From Candidatus Pacebacteria bacterium UBA6180 (GTDB taxonomy: Bacteria > Patescibacteriota > Microgenomatia > UBA1400 > PJMF01): a stretch of 64,000 bases of DNA. Location: the NCBI GenBank assembly GCA_002422165.1, contig DITQ01000008.1, positions 35,136-99,135 of the forward strand, given 5' to 3'. Below, piece by piece: positions 1-9,442 of the stretch (positions are counted from its first letter, which is position 1; each line of letters starts with the position of its first letter). Position numbers and translations under genes: made by a program. The notes beneath the pieces are model-generated. The model searched no databases. It was given only the letters and a program-made list of their open reading frames with translations, and had not been told where the DNA came from.

Positions 1-700
1 GCATATTGATGAGGTCAGGATACATGGCTTGCAGGAAACCGGCTTCTTCGGAGGCTAGGCCGCTTAGTTTGGCCAAACTGACGAAGAAATTAGCCAGTAG
101 ACCAGTGATAACCAGAGCCACGACGGTGCTGATGACGGCGATGGTGGTTTTGCGATTGAGGCCGTGACTAGGGTAAAAAGTGGCGGGAATGATGATCAGC
201 GAGCCAAGAATGGCGATCAGAATGGGGTTAGCGCCCGCAGCGATGCGTGGCAAAATGAAATAGATAATCACTGCAAAAGAAACCGCCATCCCAAGCAGCG
301 AGCCAACTCCCCGCCATCTGGAAATGAGCAGCACCATGGCGATAAAAATGATAAACAAAATTAGCAACGCATCAGTGCGGACCTGATCAGCAATCAGGAA
401 AACTTCTGAGTTTGCCTGGTAAATCATTAGTTTATCGCCGAGTTGATACTCCTGACGAGGGTCTAAATTTTCGGCGATCACTGTCTGGCCGTGAAAATCA
501 CTTTGGCTGGTAATTAGTAGTTCCAGTTTTTGCCACATCTCTCCCATTTCTTTGTCGCCGGTGATTTTTTGCTCCAAGATTTCGGTCACCACTCCTTGGT
601 AGTTTTGACTGCTTGGAATTTCTTGTGCTACTGCGCTGCCAGCAAATAACTGTAGTGAGGCAAAGAAAAAAAAGACTGTCAGAGCAATTTTTTTAATCAT
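1..700 (-). CDS. Membrane protein, YibE/F-like (partial; runs off window start). Has a signal peptide MIKKIALTVFFFFASLQLFAGSAVAQ followed by multiple TM segments.
   Basis: Manual translation of the minus strand from ATG at 700 gives a continuous ORF to position 1 (not in the ORF track because it has no stop inside the window). The start overlaps the transketolase stop as ATGA. Hydrophobic helices follow a ~110-aa soluble region. Confidence 0.55.
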   Translation of the reverse strand, partial: MIKKIALTVFFFFASLQLFAGSAVAQEIPSSQNYQGVVTEILEQKITGDKEMGEMWQKLELLITSQSDFHGQTVIAENLDPRQEYQLGDKLMIYQANSEVFLIADQVRTDALLILFIIFIAMVLLISRWRGVGSLLGMAVSFAVIIYFILPRIAAGANPILIAILGSLIIIPATFYPSHGLNRKTTIAVISTVVALVITGLLANFFVSLAKLSGLASEEAGFLQAMYPDLINM

Positions 701-1698
701 GCGAGGGACTTTTTCTTTGCTAAAACTAATTTTGCCTTGCGTAAAAACGCGAGTTTATCCAGGCTGTGTTTTTGGTAAAGTTCTTCTTCTGATCCAGACT
801 CGCCAAAAGTCTCATCAACCCCCATGAATTCACAAGCGATCGCTTGGTTTAGCTTGGTGCCGAAGTTATTGACTATCAGTTGAGCTATAGAACTGTTTAA
901 ACCTGAGTTGAGCTGATGTTCTTGAGCCACCAACAAAGCTTTGGTTTTCTTTACACTGTTGATGATAACTGTTTCATCAAGAGGTTTAACAGTGTGCAAG
1001 TTAAGTAATTCTACTGATAATCCCATGTTTTTTAGAAGCGCAGTTGCTTCGATGGCGGTTTGCAACATTAAGCCATTGGCAATAATTGTTAGATCATTTC
1101 CTTGATTTAATATTTGAGCATGACCGATTTTAAGTTCTTTTTCATAAATTTTTATATTATTGTTTATTGCTATTTCGTAGACATTGGGTTTAGCAAGTCT
1201 AGATAGGCGTAGATATCCAGGACCCTTGATCTTATGAAGTTGTTGACTAAGGGTGAGAGCTTCTTGGTAATCAGATGGAACAATGGCTGTCATGTAAGGT
1301 AAAGAACAAATAATGGCCAAATCCTCCAGGGCTTGATGAGTTGAGCCGTAGCGACCAGTAGCTAGACCAGCATGCCCACCAACTACTTTGATGTTCAGCT
1401 CGCTATATACAGCAGTTCGTAATTGGTCGAGGTTTCTTTCTGGATTAAAAACAGCATAGCTAACCACCCATGGATTTTTGCCTTGCAATGCTAAGCCACT
1501 AGCCACTCCCATCATATTTTGTTCGGCAACGCCACATTCTACATATCTATCTGGAAAAAGTTTCTTAAATTCAGTTAGCTTGAGTGAATCTGACAAGTCG
1601 CCACACAGAACAACCATTTGAGGATCTTTTTTAGCTATTTCAACCATAGCTTTGCCAAAACCATCTCTATTGCCCTTGATTTGAGAAGTAGATGACAT
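697..1698 (-). CDS. Transketolase, C-terminal (pyrimidine-binding/C-terminal domain) subunit
   Basis: 333-aa ORF. Motifs typical of the transketolase Pyr/C-terminal half (…HAGLATGRYGSTHQALEDLAIICSLPYMT…). Its start overlaps the stop of the upstream N-terminal subunit gene. Confidence 0.85.
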   Translation of the reverse strand: MSSTSQIKGNRDGFGKAMVEIAKKDPQMVVLCGDLSDSLKLTEFKKLFPDRYVECGVAEQNMMGVASGLALQGKNPWVVSYAVFNPERNLDQLRTAVYSELNIKVVGGHAGLATGRYGSTHQALEDLAIICSLPYMTAIVPSDYQEALTLSQQLHKIKGPGYLRLSRLAKPNVYEIAINNNIKIYEKELKIGHAQILNQGNDLTIIANGLMLQTAIEATALLKNMGLSVELLNLHTVKPLDETVIINSVKKTKALLVAQEHQLNSGLNSSIAQLIVNNFGTKLNQAIACEFMGVDETFGESGSEEELYQKHSLDKLAFLRKAKLVLAKKKSLA

Positions 1699-2552
1699 TA
1701 GTTGTTTTTTCCTTTAATTTCTAGCTCTTTCATTGCTTGAGAGTATTCGCTTTCGTTTGGTACATGAGAATGCCATTTGCTATCGTTTTCCATGAAGGAA
1801 ACTCCTTTGCCAGCAATAGTGTTTAGCAAGACAACGGTAGCTTTTCTTTCGTGACTTTTTGCAAGCTTTAGTTTTTTGATAAGATCGGCAAAGTCATGAC
1901 CGTCGGCCTCAAACACTCTAAATCCGAAGGCGAGTAGCTTCAATTTTAAATCTCTAATTGGCAACACATTTTTAATTTTTCCAGAAATTTGAATTTTGTT
2001 GCAATCAATTAAGCCAACAAAATTATCTAAATTATGATGATTGATGAAAGTATAAGCTTCCCAGACCTGACCCTCTTGTTGTTCGCCATCACTCATCAAA
2101 CAAAAAACATGATTTTTCTTGCCATCCATTTTGAGCCCAATGGCGATGCCAGCTGCTTGAGAAATACCCTGACCAAGAGAGCCAGAAGTATTTTCTATTC
2201 CAGGTAAATTATGTTTGCTGCCAAAAGCAAAGTGAGGATGACCTTGGAGCCTAGATCCAAGCTTGGCATATTCGTCGAGTTCTTGTACTTCGAAAAATCC
2301 TTTGCGAGCTAGTACTGAATATAAGGTTGGACAAACATGTCCTTTTGACAGTATAAAAAAATCTCTTTTTTCCCAATTTGGCCTTTTGGGGTCGTGCCGT
2401 AAAATATCAGCAAAATATAAAGCAACCATAGTTTCAGAACCACTAAAAGATCCGGCTAAATGTCCGCTTTCTGATAAAACGGTCATTCGTAAAACGTCTT
2501 GTCTGACTTGGTAGGCAATTTTGTGTAGTTTTTTAAAATCTGGGGCAGGCAT
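1698..2552 (-). CDS. Transketolase, N-terminal (TPP-binding) subunit
   Basis: 284-aa ORF with a TPP-binding signature (…GHLAGSFSGSETMVALYF…, …SDGEQQEGQVWEA…). Adjacent to and overlapping the C-terminal subunit gene (ATGA), the split-tkt arrangement. Confidence 0.85.
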   Translation of the reverse strand: MPAPDFKKLHKIAYQVRQDVLRMTVLSESGHLAGSFSGSETMVALYFADILRHDPKRPNWEKRDFFILSKGHVCPTLYSVLARKGFFEVQELDEYAKLGSRLQGHPHFAFGSKHNLPGIENTSGSLGQGISQAAGIAIGLKMDGKKNHVFCLMSDGEQQEGQVWEAYTFINHHNLDNFVGLIDCNKIQISGKIKNVLPIRDLKLKLLAFGFRVFEADGHDFADLIKKLKLAKSHERKATVVLLNTIAGKGVSFMENDSKWHSHVPNESEYSQAMKELEIKGKNN

Positions 2553-2566
2553 AAATTTCTCGCTAA

Positions 2567-5500
2567 CTAATTTAAAAGCTCATCAATTTGCTTGATCAAC
2601 TCTTCATTATAATTGACTTTATAGGGCAAAACTATGCGTTCGGCTTTGGCGCCATTGGGGATGACGATGACGATTTTCTCGCTGCCTAAATTGGCTTTAA
2701 GCAAGGCACCGAGTTTTTTGAGGGTCTCGGGGCTAGTTTTACGAGGGACGAAAATTTCTTGGAAATCCTGGCCTTTGGAAAACTCTACGTCCTCATCTTT
2801 AGGGATGATGATTTTTTCGGCGATAATTTTAAATTCTTCTTCTTCGTGTTGGACTTTGCCGCGCACTAGAACCACTTGATCTTGTTCGAGCTGGAAACCT
2901 AATTCCTCATAAGTGCGAGGAAAAATGATCAGTTCGGCTTTGCCAGATTGATCCTCCAGGGTAGCAAAAGCCATTTTTTGACCCTTCTTGGTCAATATTT
3001 CCTTGAAGCGACTAAGTAAACCGCCAAATAAAAAGACTTGGTCTTGACTAAATTCTGGGTCAAGCTCGGCGATACGCATGTTGGCACGTTTGTTGACCAG
3101 ACTAAGAGCGTCAGCCAGTGGGTGGTCGGTTAGATAGAGGCCAAGCAACTCTTTTTCGAAAGAAAGCAGCTCTGCTTCCGGATATTCCTTGACCTTGGGA
3201 AAACTGTCTTTGATTTCACTGCTTTTGGTGCTCACTTCCATGAACAAATGATCTTGTCCATCAATTTCGGATTGAAACTGGGCGGCAGTTTGGCGGATGC
3301 TTTCTAGATTTTCTAGCATAGAGGCTCTTGTCGCGAAGCGATCCATAGCGCCAACTTTGATCAAACATTCCAGGGTAGTTTTGTTAACTTTGCGACTGTC
3401 GGTAGCCTGGATAAAATGAGTGAAAGAAGAAAAAGTCTTCTCGTTGCGGCGAGTTTCCAGGATATTTTCGATGGCTGCTGTGCCGACGTGTTTAATTGCT
3501 GCTAGGCCAAAGCGCACAGCCATACCTTCCTTGGATTGCTTATCGCTCTCGATGGTAAAATCTTGACCAGAGAGATTGATGTCAGGTGCAAGAATTTTAA
3601 TACCCATCTTGCGACAGTTTTCGATGGCGACGGCAATTTTTTCGTCGCGGTTCATGCCGTGAGAGTTGGACTCCACGCTCATCAAAGCAGTCATGTACTC
3701 GACAGGATAGTTAGCCTTGAGCCAGGCGGTCTGGTAAGCGATCATCGCGTAAGAAGCAGCGTGAGCTTTGTTGAAACCGTAGTTGGCAAAAGCCTCGATG
3801 AAGCCCCAGATTTTTTCGGCGGTTTCTTTTTTATAGTCGTTTTTAACAGACTCCTCGATGAAGCGTTTTTTGTTGGCATCAAGGATTTTCTTTTTCTTTT
3901 TGCCAATCGCGCGACGCAACATGTCCGCTTCGCCCATAGTGTAACCAGCCATGAAGTGGACGATTTCCAAAATCTGCTCCTGGTAAACCATGATGCCATA
4001 AGTCTCTTGTAAAAAGGGCTTAAGCGCTTTGTGAGGGTATTCAATGGAATTTGGATTATGTTTGCCCTCGATGAAGCGCGGAATCAGATCCATAGGTCCT
4101 GGGCGGTAAAGGGCAACCATAGCAGTAATGTCAGAAAAAGCGCTCGGTTTGAGCGACTTTGCTACCCGGCGCATGCCAGGCGACTCAAGCTGGAAGACGC
4201 CGGTAGTATCACCAGAAGATAAGAGCTCGAAGGTTTTAATGTCATCTATAGGAATAGTTTCGATGTCGATGTTTTCTTTTTTGTACTTTTTAATTAGCTT
4301 GAGCGTTTCTTGGATGATGGAGAGGTTGCGTAATCCTAGGAAGTCAAACTTCAGCAAGCCAACTGCATTATCATCGATATTACAGTCCATCGAATACATG
4401 TCGAGTTGAGTGAGAGTTTTGCCAGAACGAGAGTCTTTTTGGATGGCGGTGTAGTTGTCCAGGCCCTTGTCAGCGATAATGATGGCACAAGCGTGCATGC
4501 CAGAGTGGCGAATGGTGCCTTCGACTTTGGAAGCCAAATCCATCAAACGTTTAAACTTGTCTTGTTTGTAGAGGCTGGCTAGTTCAGGGACAGTCTCTAT
4601 GGCAGATTTGATGGAAGTTTTTTTACCTGGGTCGTTGGGGATTAGTTTGGCGACTCGATCAGGGTCTTCATAAGGTAAGCCCAAGACACGGCCAATGTCG
4701 CGGATGGCGACGCGAGCCTCCATGCGTCCAAAAGTGATAACGGCGGCGACGTGATCTTCACCGTACTTTTTAGCCACGTAGTTAATGACCTCATCGCGCT
4801 TGATATCAGCGAAGTCGATGTCGACATCAGGCGGTGTGGGACGTTCTGGATTGAGAAAGCGCTCGAAAGGTAAGCCGTGCAGTAAGGGGTCTAGAGCGGT
4901 GATGTTGAGCGAATAAGAAACGATCGAGCCAGCGGCACTGCCTCTGCCAGGACCGACGGCGATGCCTTGGTTTTTGGCCCAGTTGACAAAATCCTGAGTA
5001 ATCAAAAAGTAAGCCGCGTAACCCTTATCGTTAATAATGTTGATTTCGTATTCGAGGCGTTTTTTGACTTCGGGAGTGATTTGGCCATATTTTTTCTTTG
5101 CACCTTCGAAGCTTAGTTTATGGAGATATGATTCGTAAGTCTCGCCCTCAGGCAGCTCGTAGCTTGGAAAAATTAGTTTACCGGTGGGGATTTCCAGGTC
5201 ACAGCTCTCGGCAATCTTGACTGTGTTGGCGATGGCTTCGGGTAAATCAGCGAAAAGCTCAATCATCTCCTCTGTAGACTTGAGATAAAAGTCCGGTTTA
5301 TCAATCATTTTCATCCGTTTTTCGTCGGAGATGAGTTTGCGAGTCTGGACACAGAGTAAGGCATCTTGAGCTTCAGCGTCAGCCTGCTCCATGTAGTGAA
5401 CGTCGTTGGTGGCGACTAGTGGCAAGTCGAGCTGGCGGGCGATTTTGATCAATTTGTCTCGCAGTTCTGCTTCTTTGTCGACGTGAGGGTGGTTTTGTAG

Positions 5501-6034
5501 TTCGACGTAGAAGCGGCCTTTGAACTGTTTTTTATATTTCTTAAAAATTTCAATCGCTTGCTCATCTTTGCCATCCAAAAGGAGACGACTGGTGCGACTA
5601 CTCATGCAACCGCTGAGGACGATCAGGCCTTCGCTGTATTTGAAGAGGGTTTCTTCATCGATACGCGGTTTGTAGGAGAAACCTTCGAAGTTAGCGATGG
5701 TCACCAGCTTCATTAGATTTTGGTAGCCTTGGAAATTTTGTGCCAAAAGCGTCAAGTGACTCTGGTCAGAGCCCATGCGCAGCTGCTTGTCGAAGCGCGA
5801 GCCCTTGGCTAGATAAATTTCACAGCCAATGATCGGCTTGATGCCTTCCTTGCGACACTCGTTATAGAAGGAAATGTTGCCGTGCAAATTGCCATGGTCA
5901 GTCAGGGCGATGGCAGTTTGGCCCAAGCTTTTGACTTGCTTGACGAGGTCAGGAATTTTGGCCAGGCCATCCAACATCGAATACTCGCTGTGGACATGGA
6001 GGTGAACAAAATTGGCCGCTTGGTTGCTAGACAT
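2567..6034 (-). CDS. dnaE: DNA polymerase III alpha subunit
   Basis: 1155 aa. N-terminal PHP domain (HLHVHSEYSMLDG), polymerase core and OB-fold regions are recognisable throughout. Confidence 0.95.
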   Translation of the reverse strand: MSSNQAANFVHLHVHSEYSMLDGLAKIPDLVKQVKSLGQTAIALTDHGNLHGNISFYNECRKEGIKPIIGCEIYLAKGSRFDKQLRMGSDQSHLTLLAQNFQGYQNLMKLVTIANFEGFSYKPRIDEETLFKYSEGLIVLSGCMSSRTSRLLLDGKDEQAIEIFKKYKKQFKGRFYVELQNHPHVDKEAELRDKLIKIARQLDLPLVATNDVHYMEQADAEAQDALLCVQTRKLISDEKRMKMIDKPDFYLKSTEEMIELFADLPEAIANTVKIAESCDLEIPTGKLIFPSYELPEGETYESYLHKLSFEGAKKKYGQITPEVKKRLEYEINIINDKGYAAYFLITQDFVNWAKNQGIAVGPGRGSAAGSIVSYSLNITALDPLLHGLPFERFLNPERPTPPDVDIDFADIKRDEVINYVAKKYGEDHVAAVITFGRMEARVAIRDIGRVLGLPYEDPDRVAKLIPNDPGKKTSIKSAIETVPELASLYKQDKFKRLMDLASKVEGTIRHSGMHACAIIIADKGLDNYTAIQKDSRSGKTLTQLDMYSMDCNIDDNAVGLLKFDFLGLRNLSIIQETLKLIKKYKKENIDIETIPIDDIKTFELLSSGDTTGVFQLESPGMRRVAKSLKPSAFSDITAMVALYRPGPMDLIPRFIEGKHNPNSIEYPHKALKPFLQETYGIMVYQEQILEIVHFMAGYTMGEADMLRRAIGKKKKKILDANKKRFIEESVKNDYKKETAEKIWGFIEAFANYGFNKAHAASYAMIAYQTAWLKANYPVEYMTALMSVESNSHGMNRDEKIAVAIENCRKMGIKILAPDINLSGQDFTIESDKQSKEGMAVRFGLAAIKHVGTAAIENILETRRNEKTFSSFTHFIQATDSRKVNKTTLECLIKVGAMDRFATRASMLENLESIRQTAAQFQSEIDGQDHLFMEVSTKSSEIKDSFPKVKEYPEAELLSFEKELLGLYLTDHPLADALSLVNKRANMRIAELDPEFSQDQVFLFGGLLSRFKEILTKKGQKMAFATLEDQSGKAELIIFPRTYEELGFQLEQDQVVLVRGKVQHEEEEFKIIAEKIIIPKDEDVEFSKGQDFQEIFVPRKTSPETLKKLGALLKANLGSEKIVIVIPNGAKAERIVLPYKVNYNEELIKQIDELLN

Positions 6035-6098
6035 AATGAGAGGGACTAACCTCTGGAAAAGTCTAGCATTAAAGGAGGGGTTTGTAAAATCTGAGTGG

Positions 6099-6326
6099 TT
6101 AGTCTTTTAGAATCATGAAAGATCCGCCATTTGAAGATATATGATGTCCCGGCAAAGCCCCTCTAACGAGATTATTAACAAAACCATAACCAAACATTTG
6201 AATTGAAGAGTTTAAAATAGCAGTTACATCAGCAGGTTTTCCACCAGATTTGTCTATTGCTTCTTTAAGTTGAGCAATAACAGTTTGGTGAAGCTCTTTT
6301 GGAAGATTATCAGTTTCTTGAGTCAT
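6099..6326 (-). CDS. Hypothetical small protein (75 aa)
   Basis: ORF co-directional with and lying between gatB and dnaE, with tight spacing. No recognisable domain and no obvious SD. Confidence 0.3.
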   Translation of the reverse strand: MTQETDNLPKELHQTVIAQLKEAIDKSGGKPADVTAILNSSIQMFGYGFVNNLVRGALPGHHISSNGGSFMILKD

Positions 6327-6383
6327 ATTTTTTTCTAAGCAGGCTTACAAATAAGTTACCAGATTGTAATCCTTAGCTCATCT

Positions 6384-7748
6384 CTAGTCAAGCATTTTGA
6401 CTAGTTGCTCTCTGACTTGGTTGACGTCAGTTTGCTTGCCAAGCTCTCTCATTGTTTGACCAACCAAGAAACCTAAGACGGCGGTTTTACCAGCACGGTA
6501 TTTTTCTACCGCATCTGGATTGTTTGAGAGGACTTGCTGGAGGACTGCAGTGAGCTTGTTCTCATCGACAGTTTGGCTAGCGAAGGCAGTTTGGAACGAA
6601 GCGAGGACCTTTGAGGGCAGGTCTTGTAAGCTGAAGGTAATTTTTTTATTGAGTAGGGCGTTGACGAGTTTTTGGCAATCCAAATTTTCCTGCTTGGCTA
6701 ATGTTAGGACGCTTTCGAAGAAATCAGCTTCCAAACGCTGGCGAGTCAAACTCTGGGCGCTTTGAATATTAAGGCTGTAAGTGGTCGCGAGACGCAGGGC
6801 TCTGGCCTCTGGTAGTTCTGGTAATTCTTGGCGCCAGGCCTCGATTTGTTCGGCAGTAAATTCGAGAGGTGGTAAATCAGGATCAGGGAAATAGCGATAG
6901 TCAGCGGCGTCTTCTTTGCTGCGTTGAGCGAAGGTTTTACCGGTGGTGGGGTTGTAACCGCGGGTTTCCTGGGTGGGGACGCCGCCGTTTTGCAAGATTT
7001 CAGTCTGGCGAGTGATTTCGTAGTTGATCGCTGCCTCGAGGAATTTGAAGGAGTTGATGTTTTTGCACTCAACTTTGTAGTCGGGCAGTTCATTTTTGCC
7101 TTCGCGACGCAGGGAGATATTGGCCTCCAAGCGCATACCGCCCTTTTCCATGTCGCAGTCAGCGATGTCGAGGTAACGCATGATTTGACGTAGTTTCTGA
7201 CCATATTCTTTAGCCTGAGTGGGCGAGATAATGTCAGCTTCGGTAACTATTTCGACTAATGGCACACTGCTGCGGTTGAAGTCGACGAGAGTGGCTTTAT
7301 CCAGCACACCATCTCCATCTAGGTCGATGTCTTGATGGGATAATTTAGCGGTATCTTCCTCTAGGTGAATACGGTGAATTCGCACTTTTCCCTCGCTGGT
7401 CTCGACATAACCATCGTAGCAAAAGGGAATATCGTACTGGCTGATCTGATAACCCTTGGGCAGATCTGGGTAAAAGTAATTTTTACGGTCAAATTTGGAA
7501 AAGAGATTGACTTGACAATTCAGTGCCAAGCCAAGCTTAATCGTCCGCTCGATGGCTTGACGATTAGCAACAGGTAAAGCTCCAGGCATGCCAAGACAAA
7601 CTGGACAAGTGTGGGTGTTGGGTGCAGGTGCGCCAAAGGGATCATTTTTGCAGGCGCAAAACATCTTGGATTTGGTTTTGAGTTCGGCATGAATTTCGAG
7701 GCCGCAGACGAGTTTATATGGCATTATTTGTTTCTCCAGGAATTCCAC
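6384..7748 (-). CDS. gatB: Asp-tRNA(Asn)/Glu-tRNA(Gln) amidotransferase subunit B
   Basis: 454 aa. GatB signature (…YKLVCGLEIHAEL…CPVCLGMPGALP…) and C-terminal YqeY-like tail. Confidence 0.95.
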   Translation of the reverse strand: MEFLEKQIMPYKLVCGLEIHAELKTKSKMFCACKNDPFGAPAPNTHTCPVCLGMPGALPVANRQAIERTIKLGLALNCQVNLFSKFDRKNYFYPDLPKGYQISQYDIPFCYDGYVETSEGKVRIHRIHLEEDTAKLSHQDIDLDGDGVLDKATLVDFNRSSVPLVEIVTEADIISPTQAKEYGQKLRQIMRYLDIADCDMEKGGMRLEANISLRREGKNELPDYKVECKNINSFKFLEAAINYEITRQTEILQNGGVPTQETRGYNPTTGKTFAQRSKEDAADYRYFPDPDLPPLEFTAEQIEAWRQELPELPEARALRLATTYSLNIQSAQSLTRQRLEADFFESVLTLAKQENLDCQKLVNALLNKKITFSLQDLPSKVLASFQTAFASQTVDENKLTAVLQQVLSNNPDAVEKYRAGKTAVLGFLVGQTMRELGKQTDVNQVREQLVKMLD

Positions 7749-9106
7749 TTAGTGTTTTTTTCGAAAGCATCGGCAACTTTGATGACTTTCTCCTCTTGCC
7801 ACATGGGGGCGATGAAGCTCGCTCCCAGATAAAGGTTCGTTTTTTCATCGCGATAAAAAGGCACGTTGACACCTGGCAAACCAGACACTGAGCTAGCTTC
7901 AAGCAGCATATCTTCTAATTCGCCAAACATAGCGGCATCAAGCGAAGCTCCAAGCTCTTTAGCATAGGAAGGCGAGGTCGCCGATACCAGCACATCATAT
8001 TTCTGAAAAAGTCGCTGATAGTCTTGCAGATAAAGAGTACGAACTTTTTGGGCTAAATTATAGTATTGGTCAGCTCGTCCTTTGGTGAGAGTGTAGGTTC
8101 CAAGCATAATTCGTTTCTTGGCTTCAGCGCCAAAGTGACTGCGATCCAAACCATAGCGAATGCCGTCGTAGCGAGCTAGGTTGCTGCTGACTTCAGCCCG
8201 TTGGACGACTGTGTAGACGCCGATGGCGAAGTGTGGGTCCATGGCTTGGACGGTTTCGACAGCCGCGCCGAGTTCGCGCAAAATTTGCAGCTGCTCGACT
8301 AATATTTGGTTAGTGGATGCTAATTCCTTGATGTCTTGGTAAATGACGCCAATTTTCAGGCCCTTGATGCTCTGGCCAATGGCTTGGCTGAAATCTGGAG
8401 CCTTGTTTCGGCTGCAGGTGCCGTCGCGCTCGTCTGGACCAGCAAAACTGTTAAGCAGAATCGCTGCATCCTCGACAGTTTTGGCTAACGGGCCGGGACT
8501 ATCTGTTGAGGAAGCCATAGCGGCCACTCCGAAGCGACTGACACGGCCATAGGTGGGTTTGAGTCCGACTACACCGCACCAAGCGGCTGGTTGGCGAATC
8601 GAGCCGGCAGTTTCACTGCCGATGGCGGCAGCGGCAAGATCTGCTGCTACCGCAGCAGCGCTGCCGCCAGAAGATCCGCCTGGAAGATGAGCAGGATTGC
8701 AAGGATTGAGGGTGGGACCGAAGTCGCTGGTCTCAGTCGAAGAGCCATGAGCCCAGGCATCCATGTTGGTTTTGCCGTAGAGAATGCCACCACTTTCTAA
8801 GAGGCGTTTGGTGACGGTGGACTCGTATTGTGGCTGAAACTCTTCCAAAATTTTAGTGGAGGCGGTAGTCAGCAGATCTCTGGTGCAGAAATTATCTTTG
8901 ACCGCAATCGGCAAACCGCGTAAAGGCTTGTGGCTGGCTTTTTTCGCTTGTTCAAGTGCCACGTCATTGTGACTCAGGTAGATGTTGAGCTTAGAATTTT
9001 TTGCCTGATAAGCGCTGTCTAGATCTTGATAAATTTCCTCGATCTTAATCTCTTTTTTAGCCAATTTATCCAAACTCTCTTTGAGCGTGAGTTCATTTAG
9101 TTTCAT
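7724..9106 (-). CDS. gatA: Asp-tRNA(Asn)/Glu-tRNA(Gln) amidotransferase subunit A (amidase)
   Basis: Amidase signature GGSSGGSAAAVAA. Start placed at ATG 9106 (MKLNELTL…), one nt after the gatC stop. The ORF-track N-terminal extension to 9235 overlaps gatC and is rejected. Confidence 0.9.
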   Translation of the reverse strand: MKLNELTLKESLDKLAKKEIKIEEIYQDLDSAYQAKNSKLNIYLSHNDVALEQAKKASHKPLRGLPIAVKDNFCTRDLLTTASTKILEEFQPQYESTVTKRLLESGGILYGKTNMDAWAHGSSTETSDFGPTLNPCNPAHLPGGSSGGSAAAVAADLAAAAIGSETAGSIRQPAAWCGVVGLKPTYGRVSRFGVAAMASSTDSPGPLAKTVEDAAILLNSFAGPDERDGTCSRNKAPDFSQAIGQSIKGLKIGVIYQDIKELASTNQILVEQLQILRELGAAVETVQAMDPHFAIGVYTVVQRAEVSSNLARYDGIRYGLDRSHFGAEAKKRIMLGTYTLTKGRADQYYNLAQKVRTLYLQDYQRLFQKYDVLVSATSPSYAKELGASLDAAMFGELEDMLLEASSVSGLPGVNVPFYRDEKTNLYLGASFIAPMWQEEKVIKVADAFEKNTKWNSWRNK

Positions 9107-9107
9107 C

Positions 9108-9413
9108 TTAATTATCCTTGTTTTGTAAAACGTAAGGGACGACGAAATAACCCTGGTGAGTGACTTTAGCGTTGGCGAGGGCTTCTTTTTGGCTGAAGCT
9201 GTATTCTTCCTTGACGACGTCTTCGCGCCAGACATTTTTTAGACCAGTGACTTGGTGGGTGGTGGGTGTGTCGGCGGCGCCAGCTTTTTTGAGCTGATCG
9301 ACGACGACTAAAGTATCGGTAAAGGCTTTGGCGATCTTCTCACTTTCTTCTTGGGTGACGGGAATGTTGGCCAGTGAAGCAATGTGTTTGACTTGAGAAT
9401 CGTTGACTGACAT
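9108..9413 (-). CDS. gatC: Asp-tRNA(Asn)/Glu-tRNA(Gln) amidotransferase subunit C
   Basis: 101 aa, immediately upstream of gatA in the gatCAB order. Typical small acidic GatC. Confidence 0.85.
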   Translation of the reverse strand: MSVNDSQVKHIASLANIPVTQEESEKIAKAFTDTLVVVDQLKKAGAADTPTTHQVTGLKNVWREDVVKEEYSFSQKEALANAKVTHQGYFVVPYVLQNKDN

Positions 9414-9442
9414 GTTCGCTATTCTAGCACAAAATGAGCGCT

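Noticed and set aside
164-364. 66-aa plus-strand ORF
   Set aside because: Antisense to the continuous YibE/F-like minus-strand CDS. Low-complexity product.
2263-4827. Multiple 60-160-aa ORFs antisense to transketolase and dnaE (2263-2514, 2634-2879, 3536-4012, 3742-4044, 4031-4409, 4642-4827)
   Set aside because: All lie inside strongly supported long CDSs on the other strand or frame. No motifs.
6520-7577. Short ORFs overlapping gatB (6520-6765, 6746-7204, 6924-7193, 7365-7577)
   Set aside because: Overlap a well-supported CDS. Compositionally biased translations.
9107-9235. ORF-track N-terminal extension of gatA (MSGAKTSSRK…)
   Set aside because: It overlaps gatC in another frame. The conserved GatA N-terminus begins at MKLNELTL (ATG 9106), abutting the gatC stop.
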